Of a stretch of 64,000 nt of DNA, positions 55,589 through 64,000 are shown piece by piece; position 1 is the stretch's first letter, and every line of letters starts with the position of its first letter. A program made the translations under genes and the position numbers. Source of the stretch: a virus; the IMG/VR virus record IMGVR_UViG_3300032053_000019, positions 34,440-98,439 of that record. One strand, given 5' to 3'. The notes below the pieces were generated by a model. That model ran no database searches, was not told the origin of the DNA, and worked only from the letters and a program-made list of their open reading frames with translations.

Positions 55589-56958
55589 TGAAGAAAGCAC
55601 TTTTGGAATTCTCGGCTCCCAAGTGCACCATTCTTGATGAGCAGGTTGACGAGGTCACCAAAGAGCGTGTAATGCGAGTTGAGGTCAAGTGGCAACACGC
55701 TGGGATCATCAATGGAAACAAGAGGCGTTACTCCAAGGAGATCCTTCTTCGAGAGATGAACCGCCTCGGTCCACTTATGGATAAGGGCTCTGTTTATGGT
55801 GCTTCCTATCATCCGCAGAACGATGCCGAGATTGATGATGTCAGTCATCTTTGGGAATCGGCCAGGATGGAAGAGGATGGGAGCTGTGTTGGTGTCGTCA
55901 AGGTATTGCCGACCGAACGCGGTCGCAATGCTCAGGCGATCATAAAGTATGGTGGGCACATCGGAATGAGCTCCCGTGGTTTCGGAACCACCACCAGAAA
56001 GGAAGAGGTAGTCGATGGCAAGAAAATTCAAGTTGATGAGATCAACGATGACTTTCAACTTAAGTCACCCGGTGACTTTGTACTTACGCCCAGCGTCCCC
56101 GATGCCGGGGTTCGCCGGATGATGGAATCGCGTCTAAAAGACGACGAGGATTCCAACGATGACAAAGGAGATACCATGTTATTTAAAACATTGGATGAAC
56201 TTCGAACTGCACAACCTGAACTCCTCAAACCTCTCGACGAAGAGCTTGTCGCTCTAAGAGAGGAGGTCAAAACTCTGAAGGAAAAGCTCGCTGTCTTGGA
56301 GGCAGAGAATGCTAGCCTGAAGGAGAAGATCGTGGCCTATGAGAAAGAGGTGCAGGCAGTTTCCGAGGGTATTCGCAATGCCATCTCCGTCCTTGGCGAA
56401 CTTAAGGGCGTTGTTCCCGAAACGGTCAAGGAAAAGGATCCTGATCCTCCGGTGGTTGCGGATCCTCCTGTAGGAGTGGCAGATCCGCCTAAAGTGGAAC
56501 CACCTCCGGTCGTCCCTGCGGAACTTGAGGCTCTCAAGGCTGAGAATGCCGCACTGAAGTCCGAGAAGGAAAAGAGAGAAGCCGCTGAGGCGAAGGCGGT
56601 CAACGAGAAAGCGGTCACGGATGCCCTGAAAATTGCACTGGAAAAGGAAACCCCTGAGTACAGGAAGATGATTGAGGCAGAGTTGATCAAAGAGGGCCAT
56701 ACTTTGATCGAGAAGGTTGAGGATGTTGCGGCTAAGGTTGCCTCCACGAAGGAAGCGATCAGTGCCCGGATAGCGGAGGCGGAGAAATCCAAGATCCGTG
56801 CGTCCGGGCTGGACGACAAGGGACACATCACTGACCCCGAAGGAAAGGCTTCTGGCCTTACTGAGGATCAAGTGAAGAGCCGATGGGTAGCCGCCCTGAA
56901 GGCTGGATACAAGGGCGAGTTGGAGCAATACTCCAAAGACGTCCTTAAGATCAAGTAA
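55588..56958 (+). CDS. prohead protease (T4 gp21-like) fused to scaffold-like coiled coil
   Basis: NGNKRRY, HP, VSH, PT.RG, GMSSRGFG, DFV.TPS; C-terminal coiled coil. Confidence 0.88.
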   Translation: MKKALLEFSAPKCTILDEQVDEVTKERVMRVEVKWQHAGIINGNKRRYSKEILLREMNRLGPLMDKGSVYGASYHPQNDAEIDDVSHLWESARMEEDGSCVGVVKVLPTERGRNAQAIIKYGGHIGMSSRGFGTTTRKEEVVDGKKIQVDEINDDFQLKSPGDFVLTPSVPDAGVRRMMESRLKDDEDSNDDKGDTMLFKTLDELRTAQPELLKPLDEELVALREEVKTLKEKLAVLEAENASLKEKIVAYEKEVQAVSEGIRNAISVLGELKGVVPETVKEKDPDPPVVADPPVGVADPPKVEPPPVVPAELEALKAENAALKSEKEKREAAEAKAVNEKAVTDALKIALEKETPEYRKMIEAELIKEGHTLIEKVEDVAAKVASTKEAISARIAEAEKSKIRASGLDDKGHITDPEGKASGLTEDQVKSRWVAALKAGYKGELEQYSKDVLKIK

Positions 56959-56973
56959 CGAACGGAGTACAAC

Positions 56974-58203
56974 ATGTTCGAAAACATCAAGAAATTCCTG
57001 CTTGCACAAAAGGCAGAATTGATGAGGCTCGATGAAGCCGAGGGTTTTAAGAGGCGGGAGGATCGTGGCTTCGACTTTTCACTAACCGATAAGGACACAG
57101 GTGTCCGTCGGGGCATGAGAGAGATCCTCTATGACAACACGATTGCGTGGATCGGTTCCGAGATGAAGGGCGTTCTCTTCAAAGAGGCATTGTCGCTTAA
57201 TCAGCCCGGTGTCCTTCATGAGGAAACTCTGACGACCGGCATCGCCACGTTCACCACGGCACTCCTGCCCGCGGTTCGACGGATTTATTCTCGCCTCTTG
57301 GCGATGGAACTTATTTCCGTCCAGCCCCTGTCGGGTCCTTCCGGGTATATGTATTGGTTGGATCACCTCTACGGCACCAATAAGGGTACCGTCCACATTG
57401 GTGATCGCCTGGACAAGGAACAGGAGAAGACCTTTGCTGACAGTTCCGAAAAGGGAGCGATCAGTGAAGTCAACTTCCAGCTGAAGAAAAAGTTGGTTGA
57501 GACGGAGATCAAAAAGCTAAAGGCTATCTGGACTCTGGAGTCCCAGCAGGATCTCAGTTCACAGTGGAAGTTGGATCTCTGGGGCGAGTTACAGCCTCAG
57601 GTAATTGATGAGATCGCTCGCGAGATTGACCAGAAGATCATGGTTGCCCTCCTGGCGGGCAACGGCGCTGGTAACACGGATTGGAACGCCAATGGTTACC
57701 TCGTTGATGACAAGACCACGATCGAGAAGAGAGCTTATCGTGAGACCCTTTATGAGGCGGTTGCCGAATCGGCTTCCAAGATCTTCAAGAAAAAGTACGT
57801 CTATCCCAACTGGCTCCTCATGGACGGGGACACCTTCACACGGATCGCCAAGCTCGAACGGTTCACCGCCGATCCCACCACCACCCCTGATCAGCAGAGC
57901 ATGATTGGTTGGCGGTATGAGGGCATTCTCGCCGGGAAGTACAAGGTTTACGTTGATCCGTGGTTCACGGCCAACAAGATCCTGATGGGCTTCCGTGGCG
58001 CCGATTGGAAGTATGCCGTCGGCTACTATGCTCCTTACATTCCTGTGTTCCTCTCGGAAGAGTACATCGTCAACGATGACTTCACGCAGAGAGCGCGGGG
58101 TGCGATGAGTCGGTATGCCTATGGTGTCATTCCTGAGTCGGAAGCTTCCGGCGCCGATGAGAAGAACAACGGTCTTGCAACCGTTACGATTACCCAGAGC
58201 TAA
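56974..58203 (+). CDS. major capsid protein (T4 gp23-like)
   Basis: LPAVRR, VQPLSGPSG, KLKA.WT.E..QDL, EIAREID, YAPYIP, G.MSRYA. Confidence 0.92.
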   Translation: MFENIKKFLLAQKAELMRLDEAEGFKRREDRGFDFSLTDKDTGVRRGMREILYDNTIAWIGSEMKGVLFKEALSLNQPGVLHEETLTTGIATFTTALLPAVRRIYSRLLAMELISVQPLSGPSGYMYWLDHLYGTNKGTVHIGDRLDKEQEKTFADSSEKGAISEVNFQLKKKLVETEIKKLKAIWTLESQQDLSSQWKLDLWGELQPQVIDEIAREIDQKIMVALLAGNGAGNTDWNANGYLVDDKTTIEKRAYRETLYEAVAESASKIFKKKYVYPNWLLMDGDTFTRIAKLERFTADPTTTPDQQSMIGWRYEGILAGKYKVYVDPWFTANKILMGFRGADWKYAVGYYAPYIPVFLSEEYIVNDDFTQRARGAMSRYAYGVIPESEASGADEKNNGLATVTITQS

Positions 58204-58228
58204 TTAGGCTGGGCAATTTGAGTTCAAC

Positions 58229-58271
58229 GGGGAAGGGCCATTCCGTCCTGGGATGGCCCTTCCTCTTTTTC
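58229..58271 (+). terminator. rho-independent terminator after capsid gene
   Basis: GGAAGGGCCAT/ATGGCCCTTCC stem followed by T-run. Confidence 0.85.
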
Positions 58272-58289
58272 TTACGAGAGGAGTAAGCG

Positions 58290-59312
58290 ATGTTTAAGTT
58301 GGGCATGAACGTATCAGACATTTCGCAGAGTTTCGTCAATATGAATGGCGACTACGCCTCAGTCGAGCCGATGGGTGTGTTTGACTTTACCAGAGTGAAG
58401 GCGATGCCCAGCTACTTTGAACGAATCCCGAACTTCCTTGATGAGATGAAGAAGAGGGAACAAAAGCGATTTTACATTCAACGCACTTATGCTTTGGGTG
58501 ATGTATTAACTGGAGTGCCGGTAGTTCATTATTGTCGCGAGTTGGGATGGGATGCCGTCCTGAGGGTGGATGGTTATAACTCTCCCCTGATGAATATGCT
58601 GGACGTCCCACACTTAGTTACAAACCAGAGGTTGGAAATTCCCGGTTTGATCATGGACTGGGTCCTGGAGCGAGATCACACAGACCCTCAGTTGGGTCGT
58701 TTACATAGAACACATATTTACTTCAAGGCGCTAGGCATCAATGAGTTGCCAAAGAAGGTCGACTGGCGATGTGATATGTCGAAACTTCCGCCAACTCCTT
58801 TTAATCTGCCAAAGAAGTTTGTGGTGATGGTAGGTCAAGGAGCCAACTTTCGCAAACAATTACCGAAGACAACTATCGAGATGATCATAGATCGTTTGAA
58901 CAAGGAAGGTCGGAGAGTCTTTTACAATGGTGATCCTGATGATCTGAATGTTGACAAAGATATGACGATGTTGATGGGGAGGCAGTTAGGGGTGCCGGAA
59001 CTCTTCACCTTAATAGCACGGGCCGAGTGTCTCGTCACTGTAGATTCGGGTCCTCTTTGGATTGGTCACTTCACGCAGACGCCTACGATGGCCATCCTGG
59101 GTCCTTCCCATCCTGATCAGCGCCTTACTCTCCATCCTCTCTATCCGGAGGGGGCGGTTGGGATCAAGATGAACGATTGGATCAATTGCGAATCGTGCAC
59201 CGAGAACGGATGCCGGTGTGACAATACCATGCGATGCCTCCACGTCAACGGAGGCAGACTTGCCGAAACCGTGGCTAAAGAGGTCACAAAATTCTATCAG
59301 GAGCAGTCATAA
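58290..59312 (+). CDS. GT9 (heptosyltransferase-like) glycosyltransferase
   Basis: ALGDVL, VTVDSGPL.I, LGPS, C..C..C..C tail. Confidence 0.8.
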   Translation: MFKLGMNVSDISQSFVNMNGDYASVEPMGVFDFTRVKAMPSYFERIPNFLDEMKKREQKRFYIQRTYALGDVLTGVPVVHYCRELGWDAVLRVDGYNSPLMNMLDVPHLVTNQRLEIPGLIMDWVLERDHTDPQLGRLHRTHIYFKALGINELPKKVDWRCDMSKLPPTPFNLPKKFVVMVGQGANFRKQLPKTTIEMIIDRLNKEGRRVFYNGDPDDLNVDKDMTMLMGRQLGVPELFTLIARAECLVTVDSGPLWIGHFTQTPTMAILGPSHPDQRLTLHPLYPEGAVGIKMNDWINCESCTENGCRCDNTMRCLHVNGGRLAETVAKEVTKFYQEQS

Positions 59313-62047
59313 TGTCAGTCAAATGCTATACAATGCCTTGCGGAGTTCTTCATGTAAACGAAGGGACTATTGAGGAAACCTTTTTCCATGAGGGTGAACC
59401 TATCACTTTGAAACCGAAACAAGCAAAGTTCCTCGGAGGATCCTCAAACGATCTGGTGCACTATTTGCTATATCCTGGATTCTGGGAAAGTCAGAAGTTA
59501 TTTGAGGAACTCAAAGCTAAAAACAAAAAGATGAATGTCCTGATTGATGTTTCGCGATCTGACCGGTGGGGTGATAACCTCATGCTAACCATCGTACCCA
59601 AGGCCTACAAGGAATCGTATGAGGAAAATGTAAGTATTGACGTCCTGATTAATCCTGCACTTGCCCAGGCATGGGAGAACAATCCACACATCCGGACAAT
59701 CCTTATTGAAAAGCCTACTGCAATCTATGATCTCATAGTTGACCTCAATGGTCTGGAGTTGAAGTTCCAGCCTAAGAGTGGGAAGAAGTGTTCGGATACT
59801 ATCCTGAAGAAATCCGGTTTGCATACGGTCAATAAGACCCCCGTGTACAAAGTAGCCGATCAGGAGAAAGAATGGGCGCAATCGTTCGCGGCTGGCCTCT
59901 CTAAGCCTATCATAGGGGTAGGTCGTGAGAGTTTTGCCAGAGTAAGAACCTATCCCCATATGGATCGTCTGATTGAACTCCTAAAAGAGTTTGATGGATC
60001 AGTGGTCATCCTGGATGAAAAGGATGCCGATGGAAAGTATAAGTTTACCTTCCGAGAGATGGGCGCTTTGATCAATGAGTGTGACTGGATTGTAGCGAAC
60101 GACTCAGGCGTCCTGCACCTGGCCGGTGCACTGAAGAAGCGAGTGATCGGAATCTTCGGACACACGGACGGGAAGGTAGTTTGCGAAAACTATGAAAAGG
60201 CAATTCCACTAAACGCGCCCAAGTGCGCTTTGCAAAAGAATCCGTGTTGGTGGGAAGTGCCCTGCATTGATGGCGCCGACTATCAGTGGAAGGAACCTTT
60301 GGGTCCACCTGCCTGCCTGCAGAAACTAGAGCCAGAAGAGGTGGTGAGCCAGATGTGTGACGAACTAGGCAAAGTGAAAAAGGTCTTGGTCGTTATGCTA
60401 ACCTTTGATCTCTTGCAGTGGACGAAGATGGCGGTGGAGTCAATTCGTTCCTTCCATGACTACGATCTATTTGTTGCTGATAATGAGTCAACCGACGGAA
60501 CTCAGGAATGGTTGAAGGCGAAAGGGATTGAGTTCGAGGCGAAACGATGCGGAGTCGCCGCCGCTCAGAATATAGGATTCCAAAAGTTCCTAGAAGGCGA
60601 CTATGATTACGTCCTCTTGGTGAACAACGATGTAGCTTTACATTACAACACAATAGACAGTCTGGTTGACATGATGGAGAAGACACCTGAACTCGGTGGT
60701 CTGACTTCAACGGAAGAGATGAAGATCGCTCCCTGGACGATTGATCTTGTTGAACCTAAAGGCAAGGGGTTTGAGGAGATTCAGGATATTCCGACTAGTG
60801 CCTATTCATGCACGATCTTCCGTCGGTCCATCGTAGAGAAGATCGGCCTGTTCGATGAACATTTCACTCCTCGGTATATTGAGGATAATGACTACACCTT
60901 GAGGCTGAGGATTGCTGGAGCAAAGTTCGGCAAGTCAAGGGAGTCAATCTTTTATCATGCAGTGGGGGCCGTCCTGGGTTCAAAGGAAGAGGAACGAAAA
61001 GGACGGAATCACCACTGGGATAAAAACATCGCCTACTACATTGAGAAATGGGGCATAGCACCTCATGAGCCTCAGGAGTTAGCCAAGGTCGGGCCGGAGC
61101 ATTACAAAGGCAAGTTGGTTCATGATCTGCGGGAGTACTTGGCGAATCCCAATGCCAAGGCGCCGACAGTTCGGATACGATGCTACCTAGCCGGCTTGGG
61201 CGATGTGATTTTCCGTTCGATCGTTGCCCGGGAATTGAAACGGCAGATCAGTGACAAGATCAAAGTTATCTATACTGTCTCGTTTGATCCTAAGGACACC
61301 ATGTCTGATAAAAGCCAAGAGAGGCGGGCGATTCTGTCCACCTATCCCTATATTGACAAGGTTGAGGAAAGGGAACTGGCTGGTGCAGACTTCACACTTG
61401 ACCTCACTGAGACAGAGTTTCGTGAGGAATGGCAGGAGGTCGCCAAGTATGGTCAGATTATGTCCGCCCGGACAGAGATCTACCTGGACATTGCTGGGTT
61501 GGATACCGATCAATTGAAACCGGACTTTTTCAATTCCGGACTTGAGAGGGACTTAGCCACTAAATACTGGAGTAGACATCCGGGAAAGAAAAAGATCGTG
61601 ATGGCAAAGGAAGGTTCCAATAAGTTGAAGTGCTGGCATGGTATGGACGAACTCGAGCGCCTCTTGATCGCCGAAGGGCACGCAGTGGTATGCCCGAACA
61701 AGGAAGACATGGACTTCAGGCATCTGGGAGCAGTCATCGCCCAGGCTGATCTGGTGATCTCCCCCGACTCAGGTCCTTCAAACCTTGCCGGTGCATTGAA
61801 TATTCCCGCTTTGACATTGTTCTCTAATCGGAATGGTGCAAGGTTTGAGAAGATGTTTCCTTCAATGATAGCGGTTCAGGGGTCATGCCCGCACGCGCCT
61901 GAGACTAACTATTGTGATTACAAAATGCTATGTTCAAAGACAGAGGGCCCATACCGCACGAAGGAGAATGGATTGGGCGAGCCAGAATGTTTCAAGGCAT
62001 TGAATGTCGAGTTGGTCATGGAGATTGCGAAGGAGATGCTGGGATGA
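59312..62047 (+). CDS. multidomain glycosyltransferase GT9-GT2-GT9
   Basis: WGD..NPHI..NDSGVLHLAGAL; DNESTDGT, NNDV, FDE.F...YIEDND; LGDV..PDSGPSNLAGAL. Confidence 0.85.
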   Translation: MSVKCYTMPCGVLHVNEGTIEETFFHEGEPITLKPKQAKFLGGSSNDLVHYLLYPGFWESQKLFEELKAKNKKMNVLIDVSRSDRWGDNLMLTIVPKAYKESYEENVSIDVLINPALAQAWENNPHIRTILIEKPTAIYDLIVDLNGLELKFQPKSGKKCSDTILKKSGLHTVNKTPVYKVADQEKEWAQSFAAGLSKPIIGVGRESFARVRTYPHMDRLIELLKEFDGSVVILDEKDADGKYKFTFREMGALINECDWIVANDSGVLHLAGALKKRVIGIFGHTDGKVVCENYEKAIPLNAPKCALQKNPCWWEVPCIDGADYQWKEPLGPPACLQKLEPEEVVSQMCDELGKVKKVLVVMLTFDLLQWTKMAVESIRSFHDYDLFVADNESTDGTQEWLKAKGIEFEAKRCGVAAAQNIGFQKFLEGDYDYVLLVNNDVALHYNTIDSLVDMMEKTPELGGLTSTEEMKIAPWTIDLVEPKGKGFEEIQDIPTSAYSCTIFRRSIVEKIGLFDEHFTPRYIEDNDYTLRLRIAGAKFGKSRESIFYHAVGAVLGSKEEERKGRNHHWDKNIAYYIEKWGIAPHEPQELAKVGPEHYKGKLVHDLREYLANPNAKAPTVRIRCYLAGLGDVIFRSIVARELKRQISDKIKVIYTVSFDPKDTMSDKSQERRAILSTYPYIDKVEERELAGADFTLDLTETEFREEWQEVAKYGQIMSARTEIYLDIAGLDTDQLKPDFFNSGLERDLATKYWSRHPGKKKIVMAKEGSNKLKCWHGMDELERLLIAEGHAVVCPNKEDMDFRHLGAVIAQADLVISPDSGPSNLAGALNIPALTLFSNRNGARFEKMFPSMIAVQGSCPHAPETNYCDYKMLCSKTEGPYRTKENGLGEPECFKALNVELVMEIAKEMLG

Positions 62048-63336
62048 TAGACCTAGAAGTCATCGCAGAGAAGGTACTGGCTAATACGTGCTCCGTGGAC
62101 TTCCCAGGACGGAAGCATTACTGTGGTGATTATGAAGGTCATATGTATCGTGTAGTGGTCGACGAAGATTCCATTAAGTTATACAAGGAACTCTTTGATG
62201 ATCCTGTATGGTTATTGGAATTGTTCCAAGTGGGGATGGTTTCAACCAGACTCCTCGGGCAAACCGTTTCAGGCAGTCTTGTCCTTGAGCATAAAAAGTT
62301 CGCCTTTCAGTCGATGTTTCATGAGTGGACCTGGACGCAGAAGAAGGATCTTGCTTCAATGATCATCAGGATACAAAAGAAGTTATCTGAAAAGGATCTC
62401 TTCCTTTCAGATCCTCACGTGTTCAATGTAGCCTTTGATGATTCAGTACCGGTGTACTTTGACTTTGGTTCAATCACGAGAGGGCCTTATCCGATCAAGG
62501 AGTGGATTCGAAACTTTTGGTTGGGTCAGAATTGGATGGAGAGTTGGATGGCTCGTTTGAACATCACCTATACAGAGTTGCAGGACTTTCTTGAGCATCC
62601 TGAACATGCTACACTTGAGAATCAATTGAGAAACATCGAGCGCCTAACCAGTGAGATCAAGATGCTGGAGTGGAGTCAATACGATAAGCAAACCTTTAAT
62701 GTGAACGATCCCACCACGTGGCAGGAAAAGCATAACGCAGTAAAGAACCTGATGGAACTATTACCTGAACTGCCCAAGAAAGCGTTGGATGTGGGGAGCA
62801 ACACAGGTGACTTTTGCCACATACTTTTAAGTCAGGGGGTAGAGAAGGTTTGTGGATTCGATATTGATGAGGCGGCAGTAGAGATTCTCTATAAGATGGC
62901 CAAGGAAGGAAAACTTCCGATCACTGCAGTAGTGGGGAACATTACTGATCTTTATGGATGGCACGCAGTCGACTTCGGAGAGGTCACTTGGAATTCGTTA
63001 TACCAGCCAAACCTTCGATACGCCTCCGAGTTGGTTCTCTGTGTGGCGTTGATTCACCATGTATGCTATTTCCGAGAGTTCCCTATGACTACTTTGGCAG
63101 AGATCCTGGCGAATTACTCGACTAAGTATCTGATCATTGAATGGATCCCATACGATGACCGCCATCTTGAGGGACCGGTCAATAGGTTCGGGAAAGATCG
63201 CAGTGAATATACTGAGGAGGAATTCGTGACGACCTTTACGAAGTACTTTCCTACAGTGGTGGGGATTCAAAACTCTACCGATCAAGTTCGTAAGATGTAT
63301 CTCTTTTCTAAGGAGACAAAAAATGCTATCGAATAA
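62044..63336 (+). CDS. class I SAM methyltransferase with kinase-like N-terminal region
   Basis: D.HVFNV..YFDFGS; LDVGSNTG, FDID, ALIHH. Confidence 0.75.
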   Translation: MIDLEVIAEKVLANTCSVDFPGRKHYCGDYEGHMYRVVVDEDSIKLYKELFDDPVWLLELFQVGMVSTRLLGQTVSGSLVLEHKKFAFQSMFHEWTWTQKKDLASMIIRIQKKLSEKDLFLSDPHVFNVAFDDSVPVYFDFGSITRGPYPIKEWIRNFWLGQNWMESWMARLNITYTELQDFLEHPEHATLENQLRNIERLTSEIKMLEWSQYDKQTFNVNDPTTWQEKHNAVKNLMELLPELPKKALDVGSNTGDFCHILLSQGVEKVCGFDIDEAAVEILYKMAKEGKLPITAVVGNITDLYGWHAVDFGEVTWNSLYQPNLRYASELVLCVALIHHVCYFREFPMTTLAEILANYSTKYLIIEWIPYDDRHLEGPVNRFGKDRSEYTEEEFVTTFTKYFPTVVGIQNSTDQVRKMYLFSKETKNAIE

Positions 63337-64000
63337 TGAGCAAGACGCATTGTTTCAGAACGCAAAGAACTATTGGCATGAGAAGGCCAAAGAGCATGGG
63401 GCCATCAACTGCCCATCGACCCAGTTTGAGGATGTGAAGATCAATGAGATCACAAAGGCCGATCTACTTCGGGGGTTTCCTGAAGAGAGGTTGAGTGAGG
63501 CAATAGTCCTCGACTTTGGGTGTGGTGAGGGACGAATGATCCCATACATTGCACCATTGGTAAAGAGATACATCGGAGTCGATGCCTCACTATCTTGCCT
63601 GGACTATGCAGAAAAGGTTGCTGAATCTTTCCCCAATGTATTCCTGCATGAACTAAAGCATCCTTACTCACTGTGGGATGATACTTTTCCAACTGCCCAG
63701 TTGACCGAGATTGATCTCTTCTTCAGTTGGACGGTATTCCAGCACATTCCCCACAAGTTGATGAAGTGCATGATCAAGTCAATTGCTGAGGGACTTCGTG
63801 AAGGGGCCTTCGCACACATTCAGTTTGACTGGCCAACTTTCGGAAAACTTCGTGAGTTAAAGTATCGCTTTGATCAGATGCCTGACTCAAGTTGTGATTG
63901 TCGCTGGTGGCCGGATTGGATGCTCTGGTCAATTCTAGAATCCTCTGGGTTTGACATTTCCGAAATACCAACTACTCAGTTCCAGTGTTGGCGTATGGTG
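63323..64000 (+). CDS. class I SAM methyltransferase, 3' truncated
   Basis: RBS AAGGAG, ATG 63323; VLDFGCGEGR, GVDAS, VFQHIP. Confidence 0.8.
   Translation, partial: MLSNNEQDALFQNAKNYWHEKAKEHGAINCPSTQFEDVKINEITKADLLRGFPEERLSEAIVLDFGCGEGRMIPYIAPLVKRYIGVDASLSCLDYAEKVAESFPNVFLHELKHPYSLWDDTFPTAQLTEIDLFFSWTVFQHIPHKLMKCMIKSIAEGLREGAFAHIQFDWPTFGKLRELKYRFDQMPDSSCDCRWWPDWMLWSILESSGFDISEIPTTQFQCWRMV

Noticed and set aside
63938-63957. 14/20 match to the reconstructed U8 target
   Set aside because: Mismatches are not concentrated at synonymous positions; within chance.
176-63971. Numerous - strand ORFs (e.g. 20129-20812, 55007-55600, 56254-57009)
   Set aside because: Antisense shadows of well-supported + strand genes, with no motifs.

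Overview
A 64 kb segment of a large tailed-phage genome, with essentially all genes on the + strand. It contains: (i) early hypothetical genes behind sigma70-type promoters; (ii) an SF2/UvsW-like helicase followed by an IS110/TasR-like RuvC(DEDD) protein that is surrounded by, and partly overlaps, nine stereotyped stem-loop units plus one degenerate unit; each unit carries two variable 10-nt segments in a covarying scaffold, making this a candidate TIGR/bridge-RNA-like RNA-guided system and the best finding here; (iii) a 7-deazaguanine DNA-modification pathway (QueD, PRTase-FolE fusion, Gat-QueC, second QueC, DpdA-like transglycosylase, QueE) with an extra radical SAM enzyme and two SDRs; (iv) replication and recombination genes (DnaB-like helicase, clamp, UDG-PolA fusion, UvsY, gp32-like SSB, RecA, 5'-3' exonuclease, ThyX, SbcCD, resolvase, primase, sigma factor); (v) terminase, T4-like portal, a MuF-ADP-ribosyltransferase fusion, lysis genes, RNA ligase, prohead protease and T4 gp23-like capsid; (vi) a glycosyl/methyltransferase block. 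There is also a tRNA-His-like gene, a non-canonical tRNA-like cloverleaf, a ~300-nt structured RNA candidate and marked GATC enrichment. All assignments come from reading motifs by eye; no database searches were run.
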